Shown here piece by piece: positions 1-13,963 of a stretch of DNA of 52,299 nucleotides; the stretch's first letter is position 1; every line of letters begins with the position of its first letter. The DNA lies in NCBI GenBank assembly GCA_032718475.1, contig JAUCBJ010001313.1:1-52299 (forward strand), written 5' to 3'. Made by a program: the position numbers and the translations under genes. The DNA comes from Nemertoderma westbladi. Its lineage: Eukaryota > Animalia > Xenacoelomorpha. The notes beneath the pieces are model-generated. The model had not been told where the DNA came from and did not search any database. It saw nothing but the letters and a program-made list of their open reading frames with translations.

Positions 1-3000
1 TATTTGTAATGATTCAGTGGTATATATGTAGAGCACATAGTTCAAATAGTAATTATTTGTAATAATTCAGTGGTAGATATGTAGTGCACATAGTTCAAAT
101 AATAACTATTTGTAATGATGCAGTGGTAGATATGTAGTGCACATAGTTCAAATAATAATTATTTGTAATGATTCAGTGGTATATATGTAGAGCACATAGT
201 TCAAATAATAACTATTTGTAATAATTCAGTGGTAGATATGTAGTGCACATAGTTCAAATAATAACTATTTGTAATGATTCAGTGGTATATATGTAGAGCA
301 CATAGTTCAAATAATAACTATTTGTAATGATGCAGTGGTAGATATGTAGTGCACATAGTTCAAATAATAACTATTTGTAATGATGCAGTGGTAGATATGT
401 AGTGCACATAGTTCAAATAATAATTATTTGTAATGATTCAGTGGTATATATGTAGAGCACATAGTTCAAATAATTACTATTTGTAATGATGCAGTGGTAG
501 ATATGTAGTGCACATAGTTCAAATAATAATTATTTGTAATGATTCAGTGGTATATATGTAGAGCACATAGTTCAAATAATAACTATTTGTAATAATTCAG
601 TGGTAGATATGTAGTGCACATAGTTCAAATAATAACTATTTGTAATGATTCAGTGGTATATATGTAGAGCACATAGTTCAAATAATAACTATTTGTAATA
701 ATTCAGTGGTAGATATGTAGTGCACATAGTTCAAATAATAACTATTTGTAATGATGCAGTGGTAGATATGTAGTGCACATAGTTCAAATAATAACTATTT
801 GTAATAATTCAGTGGTAGATATGTAGAGCACATAGTTCAAATAATAACTATTTGTAATGATTCAGTGGTAGATATGTAGAGCACATAGTTCAAATAATAA
901 CTATTTGTAATAATTCAGTGGTAGATATGTAGAGCACATAGTTCAAATAATAACTATTTGTAATAATTCAGTGGTAGATATGTATGTGGCACATAGTTCA
1001 AATAATAACTATTTGTAATGATTCAGTGGTATATATGTAGTGCACATAGTTCAAATAATAACTATTTGTAATAATTCAGTGGTAGATATATATGTAGAGC
1101 ACATAGTTCAAATAATAACTATTTGTAATAATTCAGTGGTAGATAATATGTAGAGCACATAGTTCAAATAATAACTATTTGTAATAATTCAGTGGTAGAT
1201 AATATGTAGAGCACATAGTTCAAATAATAACTATTTGTAATAATTCAGTGGTAGATATGTAGAGCACATAGTTCAAATAATAACTATTTGTAATAATTCA
1301 GTGGTAGATATGTAGTGCACATAGTTCAAATAATAACTATTTGTAATGATGCAGTGGTAGATAATATGTAGTGCACATAGTTCAAATAATAACTATTTGT
1401 AATAATGCAGTGGTAGATAATATGTAGTGCACATAGTTCAAATAATAACTATTTGTAATAATGCAGTGGTAGATATGTAGTGCACATAGTTCAAATAATA
1501 ACTATTTGTAATGATTCAGTGGTATATATGTAGAGCACATAGTTCAAATAATAACTATTTGTAATAATTCAGTGGTAGATATGTAGAGCACATAGTTCAA
1601 ATAATAACTATTTGTAATAATTCAGTGGTAGATAATATGTAGAGCACATAGTTCAAATAATAACTATTTGTAATGATTCAGTGGTATATATGTAGAGCAC
1701 ATAGTTCAAATAATAATTATTTGTAATGATGCAGTGGTAGATATGTAGTGCACATAGTTCAAATAATAATTATTTGTAATAATGCAGTGGTAGATAATAT
1801 GTAGAGCACATAGTTCAAATAATAACTATTTGTAATGATTCAGTGGTAGATATGTAGTGCACATAGTTCAAATAGTAACTATTTGTAATGATTCAGTGGT
1901 AGATATGTAGTGCACATAGTTCAAATAGTAATTATTTGTAATAATGCAGTGGTAGATATGTAGTGCACATAGTTCAAATAATAACTATTTGTAATAATTC
2001 AGTGGTAGATATATATGTAGAGCACATAGTTCAAATAATAATTATTTGTAATAATGCAGTGGTAGATAATATGTAGCGCACATAGTTCAAATAATAACTA
2101 TTTGTAATGATTCAGTGGTAGATATGTAGTGCACATAGTTCAAATAGTAATTATTTGTAATAATGCAGTGGTAGATATGTAGAGCACATAGTTCAAATAA
2201 TAACTATTTGTAATGATTCAGTGGTAGATAATATGTAGAGCACATAGTTCAAATAATAACTATTTGTAATGATTCAGTGGTAGATATGTAGTGCACATAG
2301 TTCAAATAGTAATTATTTGTAATAATGCAGTGGTAGATATGTAGAGCACATAGTTCAAATAATAACTATTTGTAATGATTCAGTGGTAGATAATATGTAG
2401 AGCACATAGTTCAAATAATAACTATTTGTAATAATGCAGTGGTAGATATATATGTAGTGCACATAGTTCAAATAGTAATTATTTGTAAAGATGCAGTGGT
2501 AGATATGTAGTGCACATAGTTCAAATAATAACTATTTGTAATGATTCAGTGGTAGATAATATGTAGAGCACATAGTTCAAATAATAACTATTTGTAATAA
2601 TGCAGTGGTAGATATATATGTAGTGCACATAGTTCAAATAGTAATTATTTGTAAAGATGCAGTGGTAGATATGTAGTGCACATAATTCAAATAATAACTA
2701 TTTGTAATGATGCAGTGGTAGATATGTAGTGCACATAGTTCAAATAATAACTATTTGTAATAATTCAGTGGTAGATGTAGTGCACATAGTTCAAATAATA
2801 ACTATTTGTAATGATGCAGTGGTAGATATGTAGTGCACATAGTTCAAATAGTAATTATTTGTAAAGATGCAGTGGTAGATATGTAGTGCACATAGTTCAA
2901 ATAATAACTATTTGTAATGATGCAGTGGTAGATATGTAGTGCACATAGTTCAAATAATAACTATTTGTAATAATTCAGTGGTAGATATGTAGTGCGCATA

Positions 3001-3764
3001 GTTCAAATAATAACTATTTGTAATAATTCAGTGGTAGATATGTAGAGCACATAGTTCAAATAATAACTATTTGTAATAATGCAGTGGTAGATATATATGT
3101 AGTGCACATAGTTCAAATAGTAATTATTTGTAAAGATGCAGTGGTAGATATGTAGTGCACATAGTTCAAATAATAACTATTTGTAATGATGCAGTGGTAG
3201 ATATGTAGTGCACATAGTTAAAATAATAACTATTTGTAATAATTCAGTGGTAGATATGTAGTGCGCATAGTTCAAATAATAACTATTTGTAATGATGCAG
3301 TGGTAGATATGTAGTGCACATAGTTCAAATAATAACTATTTGTAATAATGCAGTGGTAGATATATATGTAGTGCACATAGTTCAAATAGTAATTATTTGT
3401 AAAAATGCAGTGGTAGATATGTAGTGCACATAGTTCAAATAATAACTATTTGTAATGATGCAGTGGTAGATATGTAGTGCACATAGTTCAAATAGTAATT
3501 ATTTATAATGATGCAGTGGTAGATATGTAGAGCACATAGTTAAAATAATAACTATTTGTAATAATTCAGTGGTAGATATGTAGTGCGCATAGTTCAAATA
3601 ATAACTATTTGTAATGATGCAGTGGTAGATATGTAGTGCACATAGGTCAAATAATAACTATTTGTAATAATTCAGTGGTAGATATGTAGAGCACATAGTT
3701 CAAATAATAACTATTTGTAATAATTCAGTGGTAGATAAGTAGTGCACATAGTTCAAATAATAAT
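1..3764. repeat. 53-bp AT-rich tandem satellite, ~70 copies, runs off the window start
   Basis: TATTTGTAATGATTCAGTGGTAGATATGTAGTGCACATAGTTCAAATAATAAC recurs at 1, 54, ...; 56- and 57-bp variants have extra ATA/ATAT. Confidence 0.98.
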
Positions 3765-4083
3765 CAATTGAAAGAAAGTAATGTGGGGTAAATATTATCA
3801 TATTATTATATCTCTACCACAGTTTGAAAGGTCGTACCTATTCTATTCCTGCTCTTTGTGGGTGGAAACCTTATAAACTATATTATTTCAAATAATAATA
3901 TTAAAAATATTTCCCAGTACCAACCAAGTAATCTTTATACGATTAATAAAAGTATAAATTCTGCTGGGCATCTTATCACTGGAAGAAAGAGCCAAACTAA
4001 CTAACAGAGTTGGCTGGATTTGTTGGTTGGCAGAGTTTCCATGGTGGTGGCTGGATGGTGGTTAACTTATAGAACTGATAAAT

Positions 4084-5280
4084 TGTAAAAGCTTTTGCGG
4101 ATATATCAAGCCATTTTTCTCCGCAATATACTGTGTAGGTGTTTTAGCGGACATAACAAGCCATTTTTACCCGCTATGTCTGCATGTGTGCTTTAGCGGA
4201 CATAACAAGCCATTTTCTCCGCAATGCGCTTATTACTCTAAAAGATGACTCAGATGACGCAATCTGTCAGCTGATTTACTGCCAACGCGGAACCTGAATC
4301 TCTCTTTGTTCTTTGTTCGGCTCAGCCAATCAGAGCGATTTTTACTTTGTGTTGGACAGTGCCTACAGAAACCCACGCAATTCAGTCAGTGTGTATCTAT
4401 TCTAGGCCCAGAACACCGGCTTAGGATTCTTCTGTACTTCTGTGGAAGTTTCAGACTTTGACCTAAACATCAGAAACATCAGATGGCTTTGATTACAAGA
4501 ACGTAAAACTATTAACAATTCAACTACTGAATCATTGCTGAATCATACTTCATATCTGAATCGCCACACCGCTGCACTACGCAATGCGATTCAACTACAC
4601 ATACTGACTGTTCACCGCATTATTTGATTCTGTTATTAATTGGTGTTATGTTGGTATATATTGCTGATATATTTGGAGAATACCGATGAATAATCATAAA
4701 ACCCTCAATCTCTTTGATTACTAAAGGTTAGAGGAACAGGTTTACCGGTAGCAACTGCGACTTACATTATAGTGGTTTTTGTGTGAATTGAATGCTATTT
4801 CATAATCCCTACATGTGTCAGTTGCGATCCTCCTTATATATGATCAAATTCAGTGACGGTCGGCAGATCAGTGCGCAGTAGTGTGAACTAGTGTGAAGTC
4901 GTGTGAAGTAGTGTGAAGGTTAATAAAGCATCTCCTAAAGAATGCGCTTTTTACGAAACTCAGTAGCCATCCAGTTGTGATTAGTATAAGTCATAACTCT
5001 GTTTTATACTTAAAGCGCCACGTCCTAAAGGAACTGTTAATATTTCCCCGAAAGTAAATATATTGTCAGAGATTATATATTAACGATCAATCGAATAATA
5101 CAGTAGGTCTGCACTGCAATCACTATCAAAGCATCCGAATCCAGTCTCCCTTAACTGTGGGTGAATGGTCGCGCACAGGCTGGCTTCGGCTGATGTAACT
5201 TCAGTACATTAAATAATTGATATACAAAAAGACAATTAAAATTGGCAGGTTAAACTGCTAAAGGTCTAAAAGCGCGAACA
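4084..5280 (+). repeat. 5' LTR (1197 bp)
   Basis: TG...CA ends; matches 15587-16101 plus 18666-19283; three ~49-bp U3 repeats (GCGGACATAACAAGCCATTTT), AGCCAATCAG at ~4324, TATA-like TTATATA at ~4835, AATAAA at 4922-4927. Confidence 0.96.
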
Positions 5281-6834
5281 TTAATAGTTTTACAAATTGT
5301 CTAATGTTCTGGTAAGAACATTAATAGTTTTAAACTCTTGATTGCACGTAGGCAAATAAATTCGAATGTACCGGTCGGACGGTAACCTGTAGGGTAGGCC
5401 TAACTACCTAACCACTGGAACCGGTACTTGCGGGTACCAGTATTATTTCGATTGTGATATTGTATATTGTAGGCTGTTAGGGGATTAGGGATTGATCACC
5501 CCTTATTCCTTTGTATGGTTTACTTATTTCTGTCAGTTTTATTTATTTGTAAGTGTAATATTGAGCAGAAGGTGTGTAAGCCTGCTCAGAATGTATAAAT
5601 AATTTGTAGGCTGGATTGTTGTCTGGCTGTTGTCAGGTCCGAAGAGATTGCAGTGTGTGTAGAGTGTATGTCCAATAAAATACTAGTTAGGAAGGTGGGG
5701 GCATCCAGTGTTGTAAGGTAAATCCCCTCCGAAAGAATAAGTCATACTACTCGGTTAGAACGCATACTAACTAACCATTTCGGAGTCTGCATATACTGTA
5801 GTTTATTTAGGCTTGATAGTAGTCTGCCAGCGTTTGGTCTGTATTTTGTTTGTGTAGTCTGCACGGGTAGCGTAATATTTATTATTCAGAGTCTATGCTA
5901 TTATTCGCAACCTACATAACCCCAAGTTTATTCCTACAGTAATTGTGCTTGTTATACATACCGTTATAGTTAAATTAACCCCGGTACTACATCAGGGCTG
6001 CTTGGCATAGGTAAAGACTGGTGATTTTATGCTCTAGTCACTCCAGCAGATACCGTGGTTCTTTTAGCTGTACAAGTATATTTAACTGCTGGTTATTTGT
6101 TGTATAAGTACTTGTACCTAATTTAGGGTTTAGTGTACAGTGCTTTCCGAAGGTAATTAGTGTGTAGGCAGTATATTTGTATTGTAAAGTGGTTAATAGG
6201 CACATTAGCTCTGGTTGGCTGCAGTAATTAACTTCTAGGTAAGAACACTCCGGGTACATAACGTAGTACTTATAGAGCTGTACAGCTAAAGACTATAAGT
6301 CGTCAGACGGTGGTATTTTCTTATCTGGACAACGCAATTTATTTACTACTGCTTAATTATTTTCAAATACCGTAGTTTCCTGTCCGTTTGTAATAACCAG
6401 AAATTCTAACCCCTTGTTAGGCTGGTTTGTAGATTTCCTGTAAAATTACCCTCAAATTTGTACATGTAATTTTTGTGTTTATTTAGAGATTGTAATCTCA
6501 CCCAGTAATTGTACGTAATTAGTAGTAATAAGTAACTTAGTCAAGTATAATTATTTGTTTTAGTGTCCAACAAGTAGCACTTCACTGAGAGCGTTCAGCT
6601 TCGGTGTAGTGACTCCTTGCCAGAAATAATAACATTTATTTCAAATATTGTCAAAAACCCATTATAAGGGTATATATACATTATAAATCAACTCAAACCG
6701 ATTTATAAAATAGTAGGCATGTTATACATCAATTAGGTCTTAATATCAGTTGGACTACTGCTTAATAACAGTCATAAAGTAAAGGAGTGTAATCCTAAAA
6801 TTCAGAAATTCAGTTATTCTAAAATAATTGACAT

Positions 6835-7085
6835 TACCGGTATTTATAGTAGGCTTATTATATTTATTTATATAAATTTATGCTGAAATTATATACCGGT
6901 ATTCTGTAATTAGTCCTAGTCTATAATTATACTTATATATACTATAAGTGTAAGCTGTATACCGGTATTCACAGTAGGCTTATTATATATTTATATATAT
7001 TTGTGCTAAAATTATATACCGGTATTCTGTGACAAACCCTAGTCTGTAATAATACTTATATATATACTATAAGTGTATACCAGTA
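6835..7085 (+). repeat. Imperfect 125-bp direct duplication in the BEL 5' leader
   Basis: TACCGGTATT...TAGGCTTATTATAT...ATTATATACCGGTATTCTGT...ACTATAAGTGTA starts at 6835 and at 6960. Confidence 0.85.
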
Positions 7086-7228
7086 TTCTAATATATTATA
7101 TATAACGCGTTACATTGAGTAACGGTATCGGTAATTAATTACTAGGCTTACAGTTACAGTTGATACTGAATTACTAGACTTGCTTTAACTGTCATTATAG
7201 TAGTAGGCATTCAACTGTACAATCCAAC

Positions 7229-10200
7229 ATGTCTGACACAAAACAAACACTGTCAGATAGTCTCTTAGAAAGTGTTAGAATGAGTATTAGACTTAGACAG
7301 CGTATTAAAAGGATCTGTGACCAAGATCAAAGTATAGAACATCCCAGACCAAAGTCCAAGTCCCCTCCTACTGTAAGAAAGGTCATCCCCCCAGTAGTAG
7401 TATCAGACCCTAGGCTAGTAAAGCACCATAGGTCTATCATAGGCACTAGGGCTCAAGTCAAGCGGGACCAAGAGGCAGCTGTTAAACAGCAGCAACACCC
7501 GAACCGAGAACTTATTTCTCAACAGCCAGATAGCTCCAGTAGTTCAGATACTGTAGAGTTGACACCCGAGATTGGAGCAAGGATGACAGAAGCGGTTTAT
7601 CCAGATCCACTTCTAATTCTTCCTGGAGCCGTACTCGCTAGAGTATTGATCGCTGTGGAAGAACATCCAATCGATTGGGCGAGAAGTAAGCGATCGACCA
7701 GGGACAGTTATGCGGGATACACGATGGAGGAACTGAAGTCTATTGTCGAGACGCAATGGAACTTCCCCGGACCCGGACTCCCGTTTAAATTATCGGAAGC
7801 TGCCTGGGAGGACTTATACAGGATGGGAGTAGTAAGAGACACTCGAGATCCAGCTGTGTGGAAGAGGTCGGCAGCAGAATATGTCCAGGGATTCTTCAGC
7901 TCTTTGGAGCGCTTAGAGGAATACCTGTTTCAACAACGTCAAAGACCTCAAGAGCAGGGAGAGCTGCTTTATCAAGTTCGAGAATGAATCTTTAGTATCA
8001 GACTAATCCTTTCAGCCTTTGAGGAAGCCTCGAAGAGAAGCCAAGACACGTCGTTGCAGGTTGCCGTAAAGACTTGGTTCCAACGGGTGAGTCTTAAAGT
8101 CCAAGAAACGACACAATGGAAAGCTCAGCTAACCGAGCGCATGACCCACGGAGAATCAACAGACGCTACCTTTTCTCAAGTTGTAAGCGAAGCTATATCC
8201 GAGAAACCTCAGAAGAAGGATGCTATTGACATCTATCTGTCGGACTATCAACGATTTATAGGAGACAAAGAGCTAAGGAGACGGCTAGCTGGACTTCGCC
8301 CTAATAGTGAGGGAGCCAAATTGGTGTTGGACTCGTTAGATGCGGAAATGTTAGCCACTGAGCAGGCTAAATTTGATGAACGTATCCTCATCCTTAAGCA
8401 ACAGGAAGAACAAATAAAGAAAAAACTGATAGAAGACAGAAAGGCAGCAACAGCGGCAGCGGCAGAAGTTGAAAGAAAAGCGGCAGCGGCAGTGGCAGCG
8501 GCAGAGGCTGAAAGAAAAGCGGCAATGGCAGCAGCGGCAGCGGCAGCGGAAAGAAAAGCGGCAGAGGCAGTGGTAGAAGCGGAACGGAGGGCATCTGAAG
8601 AGACAGCCCAACTAGAGTTGGAAAATCTTCAAGAGAAGCAAGATTACTTAAATAAACAGAGAACAGCAACGCAGATGCAGATGATAAGTCGATCTACTCC
8701 CAAGAGACAGGGATTTACATCCTCTGATGAAGGCGATACAACAGATCCTGAAGGTAGAGGAAATAAATCTCGTTCCAGCGGACGTAGAAGGGCGCTGCAC
8801 CGGCAGAAATTGCCTGATTTGCCTCCAGCCGTGAGAAGGCAACTAGCTAGTGTAGATTTGAGTAATCCTGCGCCTACAGACCAAATTATTAGGGAAGAAA
8901 GACTCCCTACTATAGTAGATGAGCCTGAAATAATTAGGCCTGTTCTCGAAGCCACTCCCTCTGTGATAGAGACCCCTGTACTTCCATAACCTAACTCTAA
9001 ATTCCCTTTGCACAGTACTAAACTACCTGTGCCCAGTAGAATAGGCCCTGAATCCGCCCCAGTCCTGGACGCCGAGCAAGACATCAACGATTTGTCGCCC
9101 GTCGTCCCTCGTCTACCCGCTACTATGTTGGCGGCTCCCGCTTCGGCGGTTGAGTGGGTGGATGAGGGACGGCGGGGGATGGATCTCCTGCTCGGGCGGA
9201 TGCAGGAGACTGTTCAACAGTTCAAGGGAACAGTAAGGGAAAGTAGGTTAGAGTTGCAAGAAGTGCAGCAGAGTATCGCATTAGAACGCGATAAATTAGT
9301 AAATATACAAAGGGGTATACCACCACCCCCTGTAACAATGTGTCAACCTGTTAGGTCTGAAGTATTTCATGCGCAAGGTGTGGAGCCTACACGCATCTAT
9401 ACTGCTAGTGAAGTAGAAACTCCTATAGTAAACCCTATTAAGGGTAATTATAAACCTGTTGACAATGATATTCCATATAGACCTGATCATAATCCGAGAA
9501 ATTTATATACCGATAACTCGATATTAAATAACACGATGGCCCAAGAAAGTTTTACGCGTCAAATGGCTAAAACCGAAGCCCGTCAAGCGGTAAAGGTGGG
9601 AGAGATCGTCTAGTTCAATGGAGATGAAATGGTTACCTTTTAATGAATATTACAAAGATAACATACAGAACTCTGTACTATCTAACGGAGAGAAACTAAG
9701 ATTCCTCATCGAGTGCTTGGAAGGACCTCCCAAGTTAATGGCGTTAAAGTTTATTGGACATCCAGATGGATTAAGACAAGTTTGGGATACACTAAACATC
9801 AGGTATGGTAATAGGACAAACATAGCTAGGTATTTGTATGCGAAATTAGTAGCGCCCCGAAAGTTCCTTAGCAGCGGGATTATAGAGTTTTCCGATGAGA
9901 TTCAGGAGATCTGTAGACAATTCGACTGGTTGGGTAAGTCTCATGAATACCAGAATTCCATGGTTGTAGGAGCCTTAGCATCAGCTTTGCCAAAGGGTGA
10001 ATTAGGTACTCGCTGGGACAAAAATGTTCTCCATTTGATGGACCAACAACATAGAGATCCAACCATGACGGACCTTCTGTCATTCTTAAACCGAGAGGTA
10101 AGATTACAACTCCTAAAACAGTCTAGAGAGAAGACTCCTGAAAGTGAGTTAAGTGGAAAACCCGTTTCTAGGAGAAAGGTAACACCAGTGTGTTATACAG

Positions 10201-10859
10201 ACGACGGTGAAAGCCAAACCTCCCACGAGGAGAACAGCGGGAAAGACACCGAAAGATCTTACTATGTCAACAAAGCACCTAAAGACGTAAGTAAATTTAA
10301 GTCTCAAACCAGTGACAGGAGAGAACAGACAACAAAAACTCCTCCCACGTCTCCTAAGAGAATTCATGGAAAAAAGCCCGAGGAAAGAACAAGTGTGCAC
10401 CACACGGCACAGGTTAAAGTAAGTAACATCAAGCCCAAATGTGTATTGTGCGACGGGCCACATCGCTTGAGTGGGTGTGATGAATTCCTGAAGAAATCCC
10501 TTAAGGATAGACGTGATGTCATGTGGGATAAGCGGTTGTGTTATAATTGCCTCAGACGAGGACACCAGCGGCGGACCTGTTACTCAGATGCTAGGTGTGC
10601 TAAGTGCGGTGCGAAACATCATATCTTGCTGCACACCGTATTCGAAAGAAACAGCCCGAGTCAGGTAAGTGAGTCCGAACTACATGTCCAATTCAGTGAT
10701 GTGAACGACACTGACCACAGTTCTGAGATGGAAGGATTTTACACGGACGAATTCTCCGACGAAAACGAATCCTGCTATATGATAAACACCGCGGTGTATC
10801 GAGCGCTTACGTATGAGACTGAAACCGATAGCGAGCTCCCCCCAACTATTCCGGACTGA
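7229..10859 (+). pseudogene. gag: BEL/Pao gag, disrupted
   Basis: ORFs at 7229, 8054 and 9008 share one frame, separated by single stops (TGA 7985, TAA 8987, TAG 9611). A frameshift near 9625 splits the F-N-G-D...W-x-x-F motif of a DUF1759-like region. Knuckles CVLCDGPHRLSGC, CYNCLRRGHQRRTC and CAKCGAKHHILLH lie at ~10440-10634. Confidence 0.9.
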
Positions 10860-12161
10860 CAACCATCTTGGAAAGCGCCAACTTCCAACGTAGGAATCCG
10901 GGAATTTCCCGTAGTGCAGTTGAGAGTCCATGGGTTAAAAAAGAGCTATATAGTGAACACCCTCCTTGACTCCGGCAGCACAGGAACATTCATCGACAAA
11001 GAACTAGCCGAAGACATCTTTGCTGGACAACCCAAGTTCCGAACTAAGTTGAACCTTTCAGGAATTATGCAGATTTGGAAATCTACAGTAGCTACAGACT
11101 ACTATGTAGGCGCGTTGTCCACCCCCCAGGATGAACTAGGAGAACACAGTATAAGGGCAGTAAAAATGGTGGCGATAAAGAACTTCGCTACCAGCCAAGT
11201 GGAACCTTATAACTGGGATGAAGACGATTTCACCCAGCAGCATGAGATACCTAGATTCAACACCGACTACCCAGGGGTACAGATACTCATCGGCCAAAAT
11301 GCGCCTGAGGCGCTTGAGACATTAGAGAAACGGCCTGCTCGACCGCAACCATTGCAAACCTATGCGGGAAGAACAAGAGTAGGTTGGTACTTCACTGGAC
11401 CTTCCCATAGGACACTCATGGAAAGGCTACCCAAAGATCAGGTCCATCAGGTGAGTAAATGGGAAGAAGACATCAGTGAGGGAGAGACAACCACAACTGA
11501 GGGAACACCATACTCTTCAGAACATGACGATATTAACTCTAATGTAGATCAATGGAGACATTGCCTTGGGACGATTAATCCAGCCAACATCGCTTCCAGA
11601 GGAGCAACCCCTCAAGAACTGATAGATACTCCAGACTGGTTAGGTGGACCCGACTTCCTAAGTAAAGAAGAGGATGAATGGCCTCCTCATCTTACCACGG
11701 CTGAGATTAGACAAGCCAAGGGAGCGGAGAAAGTCAAACCTAAAACCCGGACGAGTAAATCAAAGTTATTTAAACCCGCGATTGATCTGTCTGTACTACA
11801 CATTTCAGGAGACGACGCTGTGGGTCTAAACTCCCCCGCCACAAATAACTCTGTTGTGGAAATCAGAGAAAGAGACTGGAAATCTGGAACACCAGACGTC
11901 TCGCAGGGACTCTCACCTCTCCTGCAGGGAGCGATAAACCACTATAGCTCCTGGAATCGGCTTTGTAAGGCCGTCGTGTATTTGAAGCGATGTTTCTATC
12001 GTCACTATTCCAGGAAGAAGAGGAAACCTGGAATTGTATTCGAAACACAACAACTCAATCGCCCAGTTGGTCGTTTATGTTATGGTCGTTACTGGAAAGA
12101 GACAGAGAACTCTCTGGAAACTATGGAAGGCAAGATACTCTTCCCACGACCACCTCCCTAA
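10860..12161 (+). pseudogene. pol: BEL/Pao pol remnant: aspartic protease fused in frame to the RNase H C-terminal region and the pol tail; RT and integrase core absent
   Basis: Same frame as the 9618 ORF after TGA 10857. LLDSGS (10962-10979), ILIG and TRVGW are followed directly by QWRH..NPANIASRG..WLGGPDFL..EDEWP..YSSWNRL and then RPVGRL; no YxDD and no integrase HHCC/DDE. Confidence 0.88.
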
Positions 12162-13963
12162 TCCAACCAACATCCAGGGACTCCCCAACGTAACGACGTC
12201 TGGAGTGGGTGTGTGACTATATTATCTTATATGTTTTTATTATTTTATATTTATGTATATATTTTTATGTACTTTTATTATAATCGTTTTCTTTAATTTT
12301 ATTTAGTAGAATGTTATTTTAGCGATTATTTAGTAGATTAGTGCAATATATTAGTGTTTATTACTTACTTACTTATATTATATTATATATTTAGTGCAAC
12401 GGCGAGAAATAATTCTTTTTCTCTTTCCTTACTGTCCGTATCATATTATAAATACGTGACTACAGTAAGATGAAATGTCCGTACTTATTAAAGTACAATA
12501 AAGCTCCTACTATATTCAAGTATTATTGGTAAGTAGAGTATTAGGAATGCAAAGTTCAGATCCTCGTGTCTCAGCTAAACCAAGCTCTGGGTAGACCTTG
12601 GAAACGACTTGCCTCTTCTCACTGACATTGCTTCTTGCAATATTGCTCTCATACCGTATATTAAATAATACATATAGTAGCGTGATGTCCCTTTAACAGT
12701 AGTGTACGACGCAAAATAAATCTGTTAAACCCTTTGACCATCTGTAATTCTAGTCGATTAAGATATCACGGCACCCACCGATATACTTGAAAGACTTAAA
12801 ATTCTAGAATCAGTGGTTAACGTCCCCAGACATGTTCTGGAATAAATCGGTGCCCATCTTAAATATTACATAGTTAATATTTATAAAAATCTATTAAAGC
12901 AAATGTTATAATAGAGTAAATGCATACAAATAAACTCTAAGGAGTTTGTAAACCAAGAAAATCTATAAATTCACGGAGATTCACCCTATTAAGTGTATTA
13001 GTGTGCGAGAATCTCCAATATATAGTCAATAGCCGATAAAATTCATAAAATCATGTATAAAGGGGAATAATATTGACAATTAAAGAATTACTATTAAATA
13101 GCATCCCAGATCTGTATGCATGAGAATTACCCTAATTCTACCGCTAGCTTTCCATAATGTTGTAGCGGACTACCATGGACAAGGGCACACAAAAGATACT
13201 GATAGACCCTTGGCTCAATATAACTCACTAGTTGGCTCGCCCACGGAATGGCTCGCCCCAACTAGAGAATATACTTTCAGTATACAGTGCAATACTGTAG
13301 CACTTAGGCCTACTGCATTAGGCTGTCAGGCTTCTGATTGTCTGAACATCATATTGACAATATAATACGGATATAAAACCTATTCTTATATTTTGCTATA
13401 ATATTATAATGTTATAAAGTGGGACGCTAAAGAGACGACTCTCACCGTACCTACAATGTCACCATAGCAACAACCACGCTAGAATTAGAAGCGAGTTAAA
13501 AGAGCAATAGAAAGCTTGCCCCATTGAATAGCATACGGAATAAATAGCACACCGCTAGTATCCAGGGATACATAATAATAACGTGGCATTCTGGAAGGCA
13601 CTTGACTAATGGACAAATGGCCCGAATGTGTGCGGTTTGTGACAGTTGTGTGGAATTTGTGCATTTATAGGTGAATGTTACTACTAAAGTGTGTTTACAG
13701 TAGCGAGTCGCAGTTGTGAAAGTAGCCCTACCTCTGCAGTAAGAAAGAACCTGAAGTAAATCTAAGCCCTTGGGACGGACAGTGGAGTGACTCACGCTGG
13801 TTGTTGTTGTCGTTGTGCAGCTACTACGTTGGCGATAGACACAGCGGCGACAGTACATCAGCGCTGAGGATCTTGCGCTGTCCGGGGGCATTGAGGGGTA
13901 GGCAGCAACGACTGCTAGCCTAATTATGATTAATTATAATATCGATAAACTCATATAGCAGCT

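Noticed and set aside
8351-9087. Cys/Arg- and Leu/Pro-rich antisense ORFs
   Set aside because: Shadow frames of the (GCGGCA)n repeat within gag
13496-13891. 131-aa antisense ORF in the BEL 3' region
   Set aside because: No recognisable motif or coding-like composition; cannot be supported without a family consensus
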